This document shows positions 25,202 to 32,000 of a stretch of DNA of 32,000 nucleotides, in pieces; position 1 is the stretch's first letter; each line of letters starts with the position of its first letter. The notes beneath the pieces were generated by a model. The model was given only the letters and a program-made list of their open reading frames with translations, was not told the origin of the DNA and searched no databases. Origin of the DNA: Staphylospora marina. GTDB lineage: Bacteria; Bacillota; Bacilli; Thermoactinomycetales; Thermoactinomycetaceae. Made by a program: the position numbers and the translations under genes. Location of the stretch: positions 2,511,842 through 2,543,841 of the forward strand of contig NZ_CP034118.1 of NCBI RefSeq assembly GCF_003856495.1, written 5' to 3'.

Positions 25202-26859
25202 TGTTTATACGTCCTTTCCTCCGCAATTCCTTCTTCCCGGGCCCTGTCATTCAGCCTGCGGATCTCATTTCGGGCAAGAACCTGGCTTCGGGTGGACTCT
25301 TCTCCCAAAAAGACGACGGTTCCCGCCCGGTATTCCGGCGACCTTCCCACCCTTCCGGCCATCTGCACCAATGCCTCTCGTCCGAACACGGGATGATCCG
25401 CACCGATCACCATCACGTGGGCACGCGGGACGGTCACCCCCCTTTCCAAAATGGTGGTGGTGACCAACAGCCTCAAGGATCCTTCCCGGAACTTGGCGAT
25501 TTTTTCATCCCGGCCGCGGTCCCGGGAAAACACTCCTCCGGCAGACAGTCCCCAGTCCGGCTCATGCTCCTTGAGCCACCTCAGCATCGCCGGAACATCT
25601 TCCACGACCGGAACGAACAAAAAAGCCTGTCCGTCCGTGTGTTCCACTTCCCTCAACCACGCGGAAAGCGGGGGAACGGGCCGAAGATCATGAATGCGTC
25701 TTCTCAGCCCCCGGAACCTCACCAATTTGGGTTCCGGGAGGGGAAGTCCGTGATAGCGGACCGGAAGTTCCACGACGGACAATCGCCCCTGCCTCGCCAG
25801 ACTCTTCCATCCCGCCGGAGGTGTCGCCGTGAGCAAAATGAGCGGAGCTCCGGGACGAAGCGAACGAAGCACGCTCGCTTCCAGCGCCTCGTTTCCGTAG
25901 AGGGGGAACGCGTCCGCTTCGTCGGCCACCGCCAGATCGAACTTTCCGGCAAAGCGCAAGGTCTGATGAGCCGTGGCCACGAACAGGGAACCGTCCAGAC
26001 GCCATTCCCCGGTGCCTCCGCAAAGCGCCCTCACTTCCGTCCCGGGAAAGACCGCCCGAAAACGGGGGGCCAGCTCCGTCACCACGTCTTTGCGCGGAGT
26101 GACCCAAAGCACCTGCCGACCTTCCCGGAGCATCCGCAAGATGAGCGGCATGAGCGTTTCCGTCTTCCCCGCTCCCGTGACCGCGTGAAACAGAATTCGC
26201 CGCTGCCCGCCTTCCACCAGTTCTTCCAATCGGGAGGCCGCTCCCGCCTGCGCGGGAGTCAGCGGCGGCCCCGAAAAGGCGGCGGAAACGGCCACCGCCG
26301 GATGAGCCCGGTGAACGGCAAATTCGAACAGGGGCAGGCAGCTTCGGGCCCGCCCCAACAGAAGACACTCCTCACACAGAAGACACCTGTCCCCGCACCA
26401 TGCACAGAAACTTTCCACGATCCGTGTCCGTGACCCGCAACGCCGGCAAAGCGCCGTTCCGTCCGGACCTTTGGTCACCGCGGGCTCCATTCGGCACATT
26501 CCCTCCAGGATCATCCATTGCAACACGCGGCGAACCGTTCGCTTCGGCACATCCCGGCTCCCCGTCGCCAGCACGGCTTTCAATTCTTCCGGAAGCAGGC
26601 GGCGTCCAGCCAACAGGGCGCTCCAATCCTCCGCCAGCTCCCGGATCCCGAAAAGGTCGATCCCGTCCGCATCGGGGGGCTCTCCTCCCTCCGGGGCCGA
26701 CGGATCTTCCGCAGCCCGGCGAAAAGCGGATTCCGCGGAGCGTACGCTTCCCACGATCCATATCCGTTTGCCCTGCTCTTTCCACCACAGCCCGTCCGTT
26801 TCCGGAGCAAGGCTCACCCGAAGCCCGGGCTTTCCCGCGACTTTCACCCACGAAAACAT
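25198..26859 (-). CDS. comFA: competence helicase/translocase ComFA (DEAD-box)
   Basis: Cys-rich zinc region (CRRCGS...CAWCGDRCLLCEEC), Walker A TGAGKT, DEAD (VADEADAF) and motif VI QMAGRVGR. ATG at 26857-26859 with GGGAGGG 7 nt upstream. Starts further upstream would overlap the preceding gene. Confidence 0.85.
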   Translation of the reverse strand: MFSWVKVAGKPGLRVSLAPETDGLWWKEQGKRIWIVGSVRSAESAFRRAAEDPSAPEGGEPPDADGIDLFGIRELAEDWSALLAGRRLLPEELKAVLATGSRDVPKRTVRRVLQWMILEGMCRMEPAVTKGPDGTALCRRCGSRTRIVESFCAWCGDRCLLCEECLLLGRARSCLPLFEFAVHRAHPAVAVSAAFSGPPLTPAQAGAASRLEELVEGGQRRILFHAVTGAGKTETLMPLILRMLREGRQVLWVTPRKDVVTELAPRFRAVFPGTEVRALCGGTGEWRLDGSLFVATAHQTLRFAGKFDLAVADEADAFPLYGNEALEASVLRSLRPGAPLILLTATPPAGWKSLARQGRLSVVELPVRYHGLPLPEPKLVRFRGLRRRIHDLRPVPPLSAWLREVEHTDGQAFLFVPVVEDVPAMLRWLKEHEPDWGLSAGGVFSRDRGRDEKIAKFREGSLRLLVTTTILERGVTVPRAHVMVIGADHPVFGREALVQMAGRVGRSPEYRAGTVVFLGEESTRSQVLARNEIRRLNDRAREEGIAEERTYKH

Positions 26860-26920
26860 GCCGACGCCCTCCCGAAAAAAAATGGCCGGGCGTCCCCGGG
26901 TGGGGCCCGGTGCCCGACTT

Positions 26921-27343
26921 TCACGCTGGATGCCGCTCGTTTTCCCTGTCCGCTTCCGGTTCCCGAAGATCCAGGACAATCAGTTTCTCCCGGTTCTGAT
27001 CCTGGTTCTGCAGCCATTCATGGATGGCGTCTTCACCGTCCACGGGCCCGAAGCGAATCACTTCGAGTTCCGGATATCGCTGTTTCAGCCGCTCCAAAAT
27101 CAACAGCGTGTCATCCGTGGAACCGGTATCGATGCAAGTCATGGCCCCCTTCTTTCCCTTGGCTCCGTTCCAAAAGTGGTATGACCGGATCATCCATTCA
27201 ATCGAATGCTGGCTGTTCCGGGTCAGGATCACCAAGTGGACGGCCTTGTTGTGGTACGATTCACCGATCCACACGGAGAGCTTCTTGATCAGCCAAAACA
27301 GGCCGATGCAGAGCAGCGCACTCCACACGATCCACATTTCCAT
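26921..27343 (-). CDS. small membrane-anchored protein resembling only the N-terminal half of a GT-A (GT2) glycosyltransferase
   Basis: 140 aa. GGAGG lies 7 nt upstream of the ATG at 27343. It has an N-terminal TM helix, then LVILTRNSQHSIEW...CIDTGSTDDTLLILERL, compared with the GT2 pattern IIPxYN...VDDGSTDxT. There is no acceptor-side half. Confidence 0.6.
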   Translation of the reverse strand: MEMWIVWSALLCIGLFWLIKKLSVWIGESYHNKAVHLVILTRNSQHSIEWMIRSYHFWNGAKGKKGAMTCIDTGSTDDTLLILERLKQRYPELEVIRFGPVDGEDAIHEWLQNQDQNREKLIVLDLREPEADRENERHPA

Positions 27344-27448
27344 GTGTCGCCCTCCTTCAGGGGGTGTTCCGCCCCGGGGACCTTCCTCCGCCGGAAGGAA
27401 GGCACGGTCCGAACGGCGGAGAGAAACCGATGATTCCGGAAAAACCCG

Positions 27449-28183
27449 TCAAAGCAGCCGGACCCAACCGTACCGGATGGCCGCCAGCACCGCTTGTGTC
27501 CGGTCCTGGACATTCAGTTTGTACAAAATGTTGCTCACATGGTTTTTGACGGTTTTTTCGCTGATATATAAATGTTCGCTGATCGCGCGATTGTTCTTCC
27601 CTTGTGACATCAGCCTCAACACTTCCATCTCCCGGGCGGTGAGCACTTCCTGCCACGGAACGGCGCGCGATTCGGTATGGAGATGGTGCATGGCCCCCTC
27701 CATCCGGCTCAACCGCCGAAATTCTCCCAACAGCCGGACCATCGCGATCGGGTGAATATAGACTCCACCCCGGGCAATCACCTTCACGGCTTCGACAATC
27801 GATTCGATTCCCATGTTTTTGAGCAAGTATCCGGTTGCTCCGGAACGAATCGCCTCGATCGCGCAAGGATCGTCACCATCGGAGATCACCAGGACTTTCG
27901 TCTGCGGGGCCGTCTGGCACAGTCTGAACGTGGCTTCCGCTCCGTCCACACGGGGAAGATGGAGGTTGAGGACGGCCACATGAGGAGCCAATGAAGAACA
28001 CAGAAGCGGTACATCCTGTCCGTCACAACACTCTCCCACCAAAGCTAGACCTTTCTCTTCCGCCAGCGCGTCGCGGAGCAGTCCGCGAAATCCCGCATCA
28101 CTGTCCGCCACGAGCACCCGGATTGTCTCGCCGGAAGGCGAGTCACCGGTGACGGCATTCGCTTGCGCCGATCTGCCGGTCAA
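27449..28183 (-). CDS. degU: DegU-like NarL/LuxR-family response regulator with an atypical receiver (Asn at the phospho-acceptor position)
   Basis: It aligns end to end with B. subtilis DegU, and the HTH region ISEKTVKNHVSNIL.K.NV.DRTQAV is nearly identical. The preferred start is the TTG at 28181-28183, 6 nt after AAAGGGGTG. The alternative ATG at 28216 has no RBS. Confidence 0.85.
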   Translation of the reverse strand: MTGRSAQANAVTGDSPSGETIRVLVADSDAGFRGLLRDALAEEKGLALVGECCDGQDVPLLCSSLAPHVAVLNLHLPRVDGAEATFRLCQTAPQTKVLVISDGDDPCAIEAIRSGATGYLLKNMGIESIVEAVKVIARGGVYIHPIAMVRLLGEFRRLSRMEGAMHHLHTESRAVPWQEVLTAREMEVLRLMSQGKNNRAISEHLYISEKTVKNHVSNILYKLNVQDRTQAVLAAIRYGWVRLL

Positions 28184-28222
28184 GGGGTTCACCCCTTTCT
28201 CGCAATATTCACCCATATTTAA

Positions 28223-28251
28223 ATTTTACCACGAAGATCGACCCATTGAAA
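28223..28251 (-). promoter_or_regulatory. sigmaA-type promoter (extended -10) of the degU-like gene
   Basis: Minus strand: TTTCAA (28246-28251), 17-nt spacer, TGgTAAAAT (-10 at 28223-28228). Confidence 0.45.
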
Positions 28252-28292
28252 CCGATTTTGCCTTGTCTGCCGCCCTTTTTGCCCTGACAATC

Positions 28293-28335
28293 AAAAAGCC
28301 CCCGCCGCGCTCATCGCGCAGACGGAGGCTTTTTT
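28293..28335. terminator. Bidirectional rho-independent terminator after metK
   Basis: A GC-rich hairpin at 28298-28329 (GCCCCCG...CGGAGGC with an inner GCGC/GCGC stem) is flanked by A5 (28293-28297) and T6 (28330-28335). Confidence 0.8.
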
Positions 28336-28358
28336 GCACTTGTCGGACCGGAGCCGGT

Positions 28359-29558
28359 TCACAGTCCGGCATCGGCTCTGAGGATTTCCGCTTTGTCCGT
28401 GCGTTCCCACGGCAGATCGATGTCGGTGCGTCCGAAGTGTCCGTATGCGGCGGTTTGCCGGTAGATCGGACGGCGCAGGTCCAGGGCACGGATGATGCCG
28501 GCGGGACGCAGGTCGAAGTGTTTTTTCACCAGTTCCACCAGCTTGTCTTCGTTCACTTTGCCGGTACCGAACGTCTCGACGCGGATGGAGACCGGACGGG
28601 CCACTCCGATGGCGTAAGCCAGCTGCACTTCGCATTTGTCGGCAAGACCGGCGGCCACGATGTTCTTGGCGACGTAACGGGCGGCATATGCGGCGGAGCG
28701 GTCCACCTTGGTCGGGTCTTTTCCGGAGAAGGCACCGCCGCCGTGACGGGCGTAACCGCCGTACGTGTCAACAATGATCTTGCGGCCGGTGAGTCCGGCA
28801 TCCCCTTGCGGACCGCCGATCACGAAACGGCCGGTCGGGTTGATGAAGTACTTGGTGTTTTCATCCAGCATGTCGGCCGGCACCACCGGGAGAACCACAT
28901 GTTCCATGACGTCCTTCTTGATTTGCTCCAAGGTGGCGTCTTCGGAATGCTGGGTGGAAACGACGACGGTGTCGATCCGCACCGGTTTGTCTCCCTCGTA
29001 TTCGACCGTCACTTGGGTTTTTCCGTCGGGACGCAGATAACCGATGGTACCGTTCACCCGCACTTCATGCAGACGGCGGGCCAGCTTGTGCGCCAAGGAA
29101 ATCGGCAGCGGCATCAACTCGGGGGTCTCGTTGCACGCGAATCCGAACATGAGCCCCTGGTCGCCGGCTCCGATGGCCTCGATTTCTTCTTCGGTCATTT
29201 GACCTTCCCGTTTCTCCAGGGCCACATCCACGCCCATGGCGATATCCGGCGATTGCTCGTCAATGGAAGTGAGCACGGCGCACGTTTCGGCGTCGAAACC
29301 GTATTTGGCACGGGTATATCCGATTTCGGCAATGGTCTGGCGAACGATTTTCGGAATGTCCACATAGCAGCTGGTGGAGATTTCTCCGGCCACCAGCACC
29401 AGACCGGTGGTCACCGACGTCTCGCAAGCCACACGGGCGTTGGGGTCCTTGGCCAGGATGGCGTCCAGGATGGCGTCGGAAATTTGGTCACAAATTTTGT
29501 CGGGGTGACCCACCGTCACCGATTCGGAAGTAAACAGGCTGCGTTTGTTTTCTGCCAA
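28359..29558 (-). CDS. metK: S-adenosylmethionine synthase
   Basis: 399 aa with the canonical motifs GHPDK, GAGDQG and [12 protein letters not shown] start at 29556-29558 with GGGGGAG 7 nt upstream. Confidence 0.96.
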   Translation of the reverse strand: MAENKRSLFTSESVTVGHPDKICDQISDAILDAILAKDPNARVACETSVTTGLVLVAGEISTSCYVDIPKIVRQTIAEIGYTRAKYGFDAETCAVLTSIDEQSPDIAMGVDVALEKREGQMTEEEIEAIGAGDQGLMFGFACNETPELMPLPISLAHKLARRLHEVRVNGTIGYLRPDGKTQVTVEYEGDKPVRIDTVVVSTQHSEDATLEQIKKDVMEHVVLPVVPADMLDENTKYFINPTGRFVIGGPQGDAGLTGRKIIVDTYGGYARHGGGAFSGKDPTKVDRSAAYAARYVAKNIVAAGLADKCEVQLAYAIGVARPVSIRVETFGTGKVNEDKLVELVKKHFDLRPAGIIRALDLRRPIYRQTAAYGHFGRTDIDLPWERTDKAEILRADAGL

Positions 29559-29600
29559 TTTGATTCTCCCCCTCGTCTTTCACAGAGTGGCTTCGGGCAA

Positions 29601-29629
29601 ATAAAAAACCCTTTCCTTCGAGGAAAGGT
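29601..29629 (-). terminator. Leader (attenuator) terminator immediately upstream of the metK RBS
   Basis: Minus strand reads CCTTTCC-tcgaa-GGAAAGG followed by GTTTTTTATTT, about 45 nt before the start codon. Confidence 0.8.
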
Positions 29630-29857
29630 CAGACTGCCCCCAAGTTTCGCCCGACGCCCTCCCCGCATGGCGGACGACCGCGGGAAGTTCGCCGGCGTGG
29701 AAAGGGTTCACCCCTTTCCTTCGAGGAAAGGCGGCGGTTTTTTGAAGGACCGGGCCCTCGAGACTGACGGAGCCGGAAGACCGGTCGGTTCCTTGTCGCT
29801 TTCTTTGAACCTCGCGGCTTTCGGACATTGTTCTTTCTTCAATCAACATATAGAATA
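29630..29857 (-). promoter_or_regulatory. metK 5' leader: structured RNA with alternative pairings; riboswitch class not assignable by eye
   Basis: A possible promoter is TTGTAT (29875-29880), 17-nt spacer, TATTCT (29852-29857). A 20-nt module, CCTTTCCTCGAAGGAAAGGG, occurs at 29712-29731 and again in the terminator at 29609-29628. A 13-bp interrupted helix spans 29654-29698. Confidence 0.55.
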
Positions 29858-29898
29858 ACCCAACGCCCTGTTAAATACAACTGCCCTTTGCATGAAAC

Positions 29899-32000
29899 CT
29901 ATTGCGTTCGACTTGGCAACTTTTTCACCTTCGAATGAAGGAGATACCATCCGCTCACATGGCTTTGCATCCGGATCCGCAAATACCATCGACCGGGCGG
30001 AAGCACGCGGGTCCAAGTGCGCCACTTTCCCGGTGTCAACTCCCCGCTTCCCGAGTCCCGGACGCGAAGCCCGGAATCGTGGAGAGTCCACTCCACATGC
30101 AACCGATGTTCGGACGAAAACAGGCTCCACTCCACCGTGGAGTGCTCAGTCAGTTCCACCACTCCCCAATTCCGGTCAGCGCCCGGATCCACCCGAACGC
30201 GCCACCGACTTCCGTCTTTCAACGTTCGGGCGGCGGATGGCATCTCCCGGCCCGCGAAACCCTCTCCTTCCCCTTCCCGCCGTCGCAAAAAGATCCGGTA
30301 GGGTTCGTCTCCGGAGGCACTCCCGTAGTCCGTCACCCTGAATATCAGCTCTTCCGGATCGGATGCGGAGATGGAGATCTGTTCCGCCTCTCCTTCGTTG
30401 CCCCGGTCCACTTTCCCGCCGGGGATGTTTTTGCCGGGCAACAGGGTGATCACCGGGTCAAACCGCGGAGACAGCGGGCGGACTTCCAGATCGAAACGAC
30501 CGTTTTCCGGAATGCGAACCCGGTACCAATCTTCATCACCGGCCCGGTGCAGGGTCGCTTCCCAAGCGGCGTTTCCGGTCGTCGCGGGCAGATTCCCTGC
30601 TTGCCACGGGGCCTCGTTGGGCTCAAACGGATCGGGCAATAAAGCATATTCCGCCGACAAACGGTACGCCACCGACTTCCTGTTCTCCCGTGCGGAAAGT
30701 CCGATCCGCACCGAACCGGCGGGAACGGTGAGCCGCACGGGCCCGTCAGTCGCCGCTTCCGTCCGTTTCCCGTCCGGGAGAAGCGCCGTGAGGCGGAACT
30801 TTGCGTCACCGCCCGTCACCTTCAGCGTCAGGGTTCCGGGATGCCTGAAGGAAAAACGGTACCAATCGCTGTCTCCCGGTTCCAGCCACCCTTGCAATTC
30901 GTGCGCCGTGGAAACGGGAAAGGCTTCCTGCGGACGGTCATTGGGCTCATAAAGGTCCGGCTTCAATTCTTCCTTCAAAGCCCGTGCGGCATTCACCACT
31001 CCGAACCCCGTCCGTTCATCCCAACGGTCTTCTCCGTTCGGCCGGTCCGCGGTCTGGCAAAGCAGCCGTCGCAATTCGGCCGGTTTCAACGTGGGCTTCG
31101 TTTGCCAGACCATGGCCGCCACACCCGCCACCTGGGGAGCCGCGTAGGACGTGCCGGAATCCATGTCGATGTCTCGAAAGAGACCGGCCGTCTGGATCCA
31201 CTCCCCCGGAGCCGCCAGATCAAGGCCGGGGCCCGCGTTGGACGAAGGCTCATGCGTTCCGTCCATCCGAACGGAGCCGACGGAAAGCACTTCCCCGATG
31301 GCGGCGGGGACATAGAGCGGCCGGTGATAGACGATGTTTCCGTCCGTTCCGTAGACGGCGTTTCCCGCCGCAGCCACGACCAACACGCCGGCGGCTTCCG
31401 CCTCCCGGACCGCTTCCGCCATCAATTCCGACCAAGTCCAGCTCCCCTGCGCAAGGACGATGATGTTCGCCCCCCGCCTCACCGCCTCGCGCATTCCTTC
31501 CACGGTGTGGTAAATCTCTCCGTCATCTCCGTTTTCCATCACTTTCACCGGCATGATCCTGCCGATCTCCTCCGCTTTTTGTCCGGAGAACGCCCCCCAA
31601 ACGGCGGCGATCACACCGGCAACGCCCGTTCCGTGCCCCATTTCGTCCATGGGGGGTTCCTTCTTGTTCCTCACGTTGATTCCCGGAACCAACAAAGGCT
31701 TCAGCACCGGATGGTCGAGGTTCACCCCGGTGTCCACCACCGCCACGATCACCGGCCGCGGAAGGCCGCGGGGATGTCTCTGCGTTTCCGCCAGGCGCCA
31801 TGCCTCTTCCGCCCGGATCCGCTTCAGATAATAAAACGGTTCGGGATGCGGGGAGAGGGAATCCCCGCTCACCTCCCCGAGACGGTGCGGAAAATTGGGA
31901 TGCATGTAACGGGCCCGGGGACTCCATTTCTCCACGAACCGTTCCGTTTCCGTCCCGCTTCTCGGGCGCACCAGCATCACTTCGGAGCCGTCTTGCATCG
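29899..32000 (-). CDS. S8 (subtilisin-like) serine peptidase with C-terminal PPC-type domains; N-terminus lies outside the window
   Basis: Catalytic motifs VVDTGV (Asp), HGTGVAG (His), AAGN (oxyanion) and SGTSYAAPQVAG (Ser). Two EPND/EPNE...DxDWYR repeats are typical of pre-peptidase C-terminal domains. The ORF is open to the window edge and no signal peptide is visible. Confidence 0.85.
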   Translation of the reverse strand, partial: MQDGSEVMLVRPRSGTETERFVEKWSPRARYMHPNFPHRLGEVSGDSLSPHPEPFYYLKRIRAEEAWRLAETQRHPRGLPRPVIVAVVDTGVNLDHPVLKPLLVPGINVRNKKEPPMDEMGHGTGVAGVIAAVWGAFSGQKAEEIGRIMPVKVMENGDDGEIYHTVEGMREAVRRGANIIVLAQGSWTWSELMAEAVREAEAAGVLVVAAAGNAVYGTDGNIVYHRPLYVPAAIGEVLSVGSVRMDGTHEPSSNAGPGLDLAAPGEWIQTAGLFRDIDMDSGTSYAAPQVAGVAAMVWQTKPTLKPAELRRLLCQTADRPNGEDRWDERTGFGVVNAARALKEELKPDLYEPNDRPQEAFPVSTAHELQGWLEPGDSDWYRFSFRHPGTLTLKVTGGDAKFRLTALLPDGKRTEAATDGPVRLTVPAGSVRIGLSARENRKSVAYRLSAEYALLPDPFEPNEAPWQAGNLPATTGNAAWEATLHRAGDEDWYRVRIPENGRFDLEVRPLSPRFDPVITLLPGKNIPGGKVDRGNEGEAEQISISASDPEELIFRVTDYGSASGDEPYRIFLRRREGEGEGFAGREMPSAARTLKDGSRWRVRVDPGADRNWGVVELTEHSTVEWSLFSSEHRLHVEWTLHDSGLRVRDSGSGELTPGKWRTWTRVLPPGRWYLRIRMQSHVSGWYLLHSKVKKLPSRTQ

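Noticed and set aside
29699-29731. The upstream copy of the CCTTTCC/GGAAAGG hairpin as the terminator of the protease gene.
   Set aside because: On the minus strand it is followed by GGGGTGAACCC, not a U-tract. The T6 run lies on the opposite strand and is separated from the stem by 6 nt.
29559-29857. Annotating the metK leader as a SAM-I (S-box) riboswitch by context.
   Set aside because: I could not locate any of the conserved SAM-I core strings or a GGCAACC/GGUGCC P3 helix. It is reported as an unclassified leader instead, and a covariance-model search should decide.

Overview
This is a high-GC (~60%) Bacillales-type chromosomal segment. All 27 supported CDS lie on the minus strand, and I found no tRNA, rRNA, cas or transposase genes. 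In minus-strand transcription order the content is:
- a partial S8 protease and metK with a structured leader;
- an orphan degU-like regulator, a mini GT-A protein, then comFA and comFC;
- HU (hbs);
- two paralogous amino-acid binding lipoproteins plus an ABC permease and ATPase;
- a cold-shock protein and hpf;
- a secreted DUF1524/HNH-type nuclease;
- a cell-envelope glycan module: UDP-GlcNAc 2-epimerase, a Wzy/O-antigen-ligase-like protein and a GT4;
- secA and prfB, the latter with the canonical +1 frameshift;
- enoyl-CoA hydratase, a charged membrane protein and a cytochrome c551-like lipoprotein;
- argCJBDF and a hypothetical gene.

Gene order follows the B. subtilis degU-comF...hpf-secA-prfB-cccB neighbourhood, but degS, comFB and the flagellar block are missing.

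Four things are not explained by the ordinary gene features:
1. A dense unidirectional cluster of DnaA boxes (three perfect TTATCCACA sites plus four near-matches within 117 bp) sits inside the ABC-transporter operon.
2. Two ~600-bp arrays of a hairpin-module repeat family, with a shared core that alternates in orientation (BIME/REP-like), bracket the arg operon as mutually inverted blocks. One array carries a near-identical 260-bp-period tandem duplication.
3. The DegU-like regulator has Asn at the phospho-acceptor position and no adjacent kinase.
4. The metK leader has a terminator and a duplicated 20-nt hairpin module, but I could not see a SAM-I core in it.

No defence system or mobile element was recognised. 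All calls were made by eye from the sequence and the translated ORFs, with no searches run.
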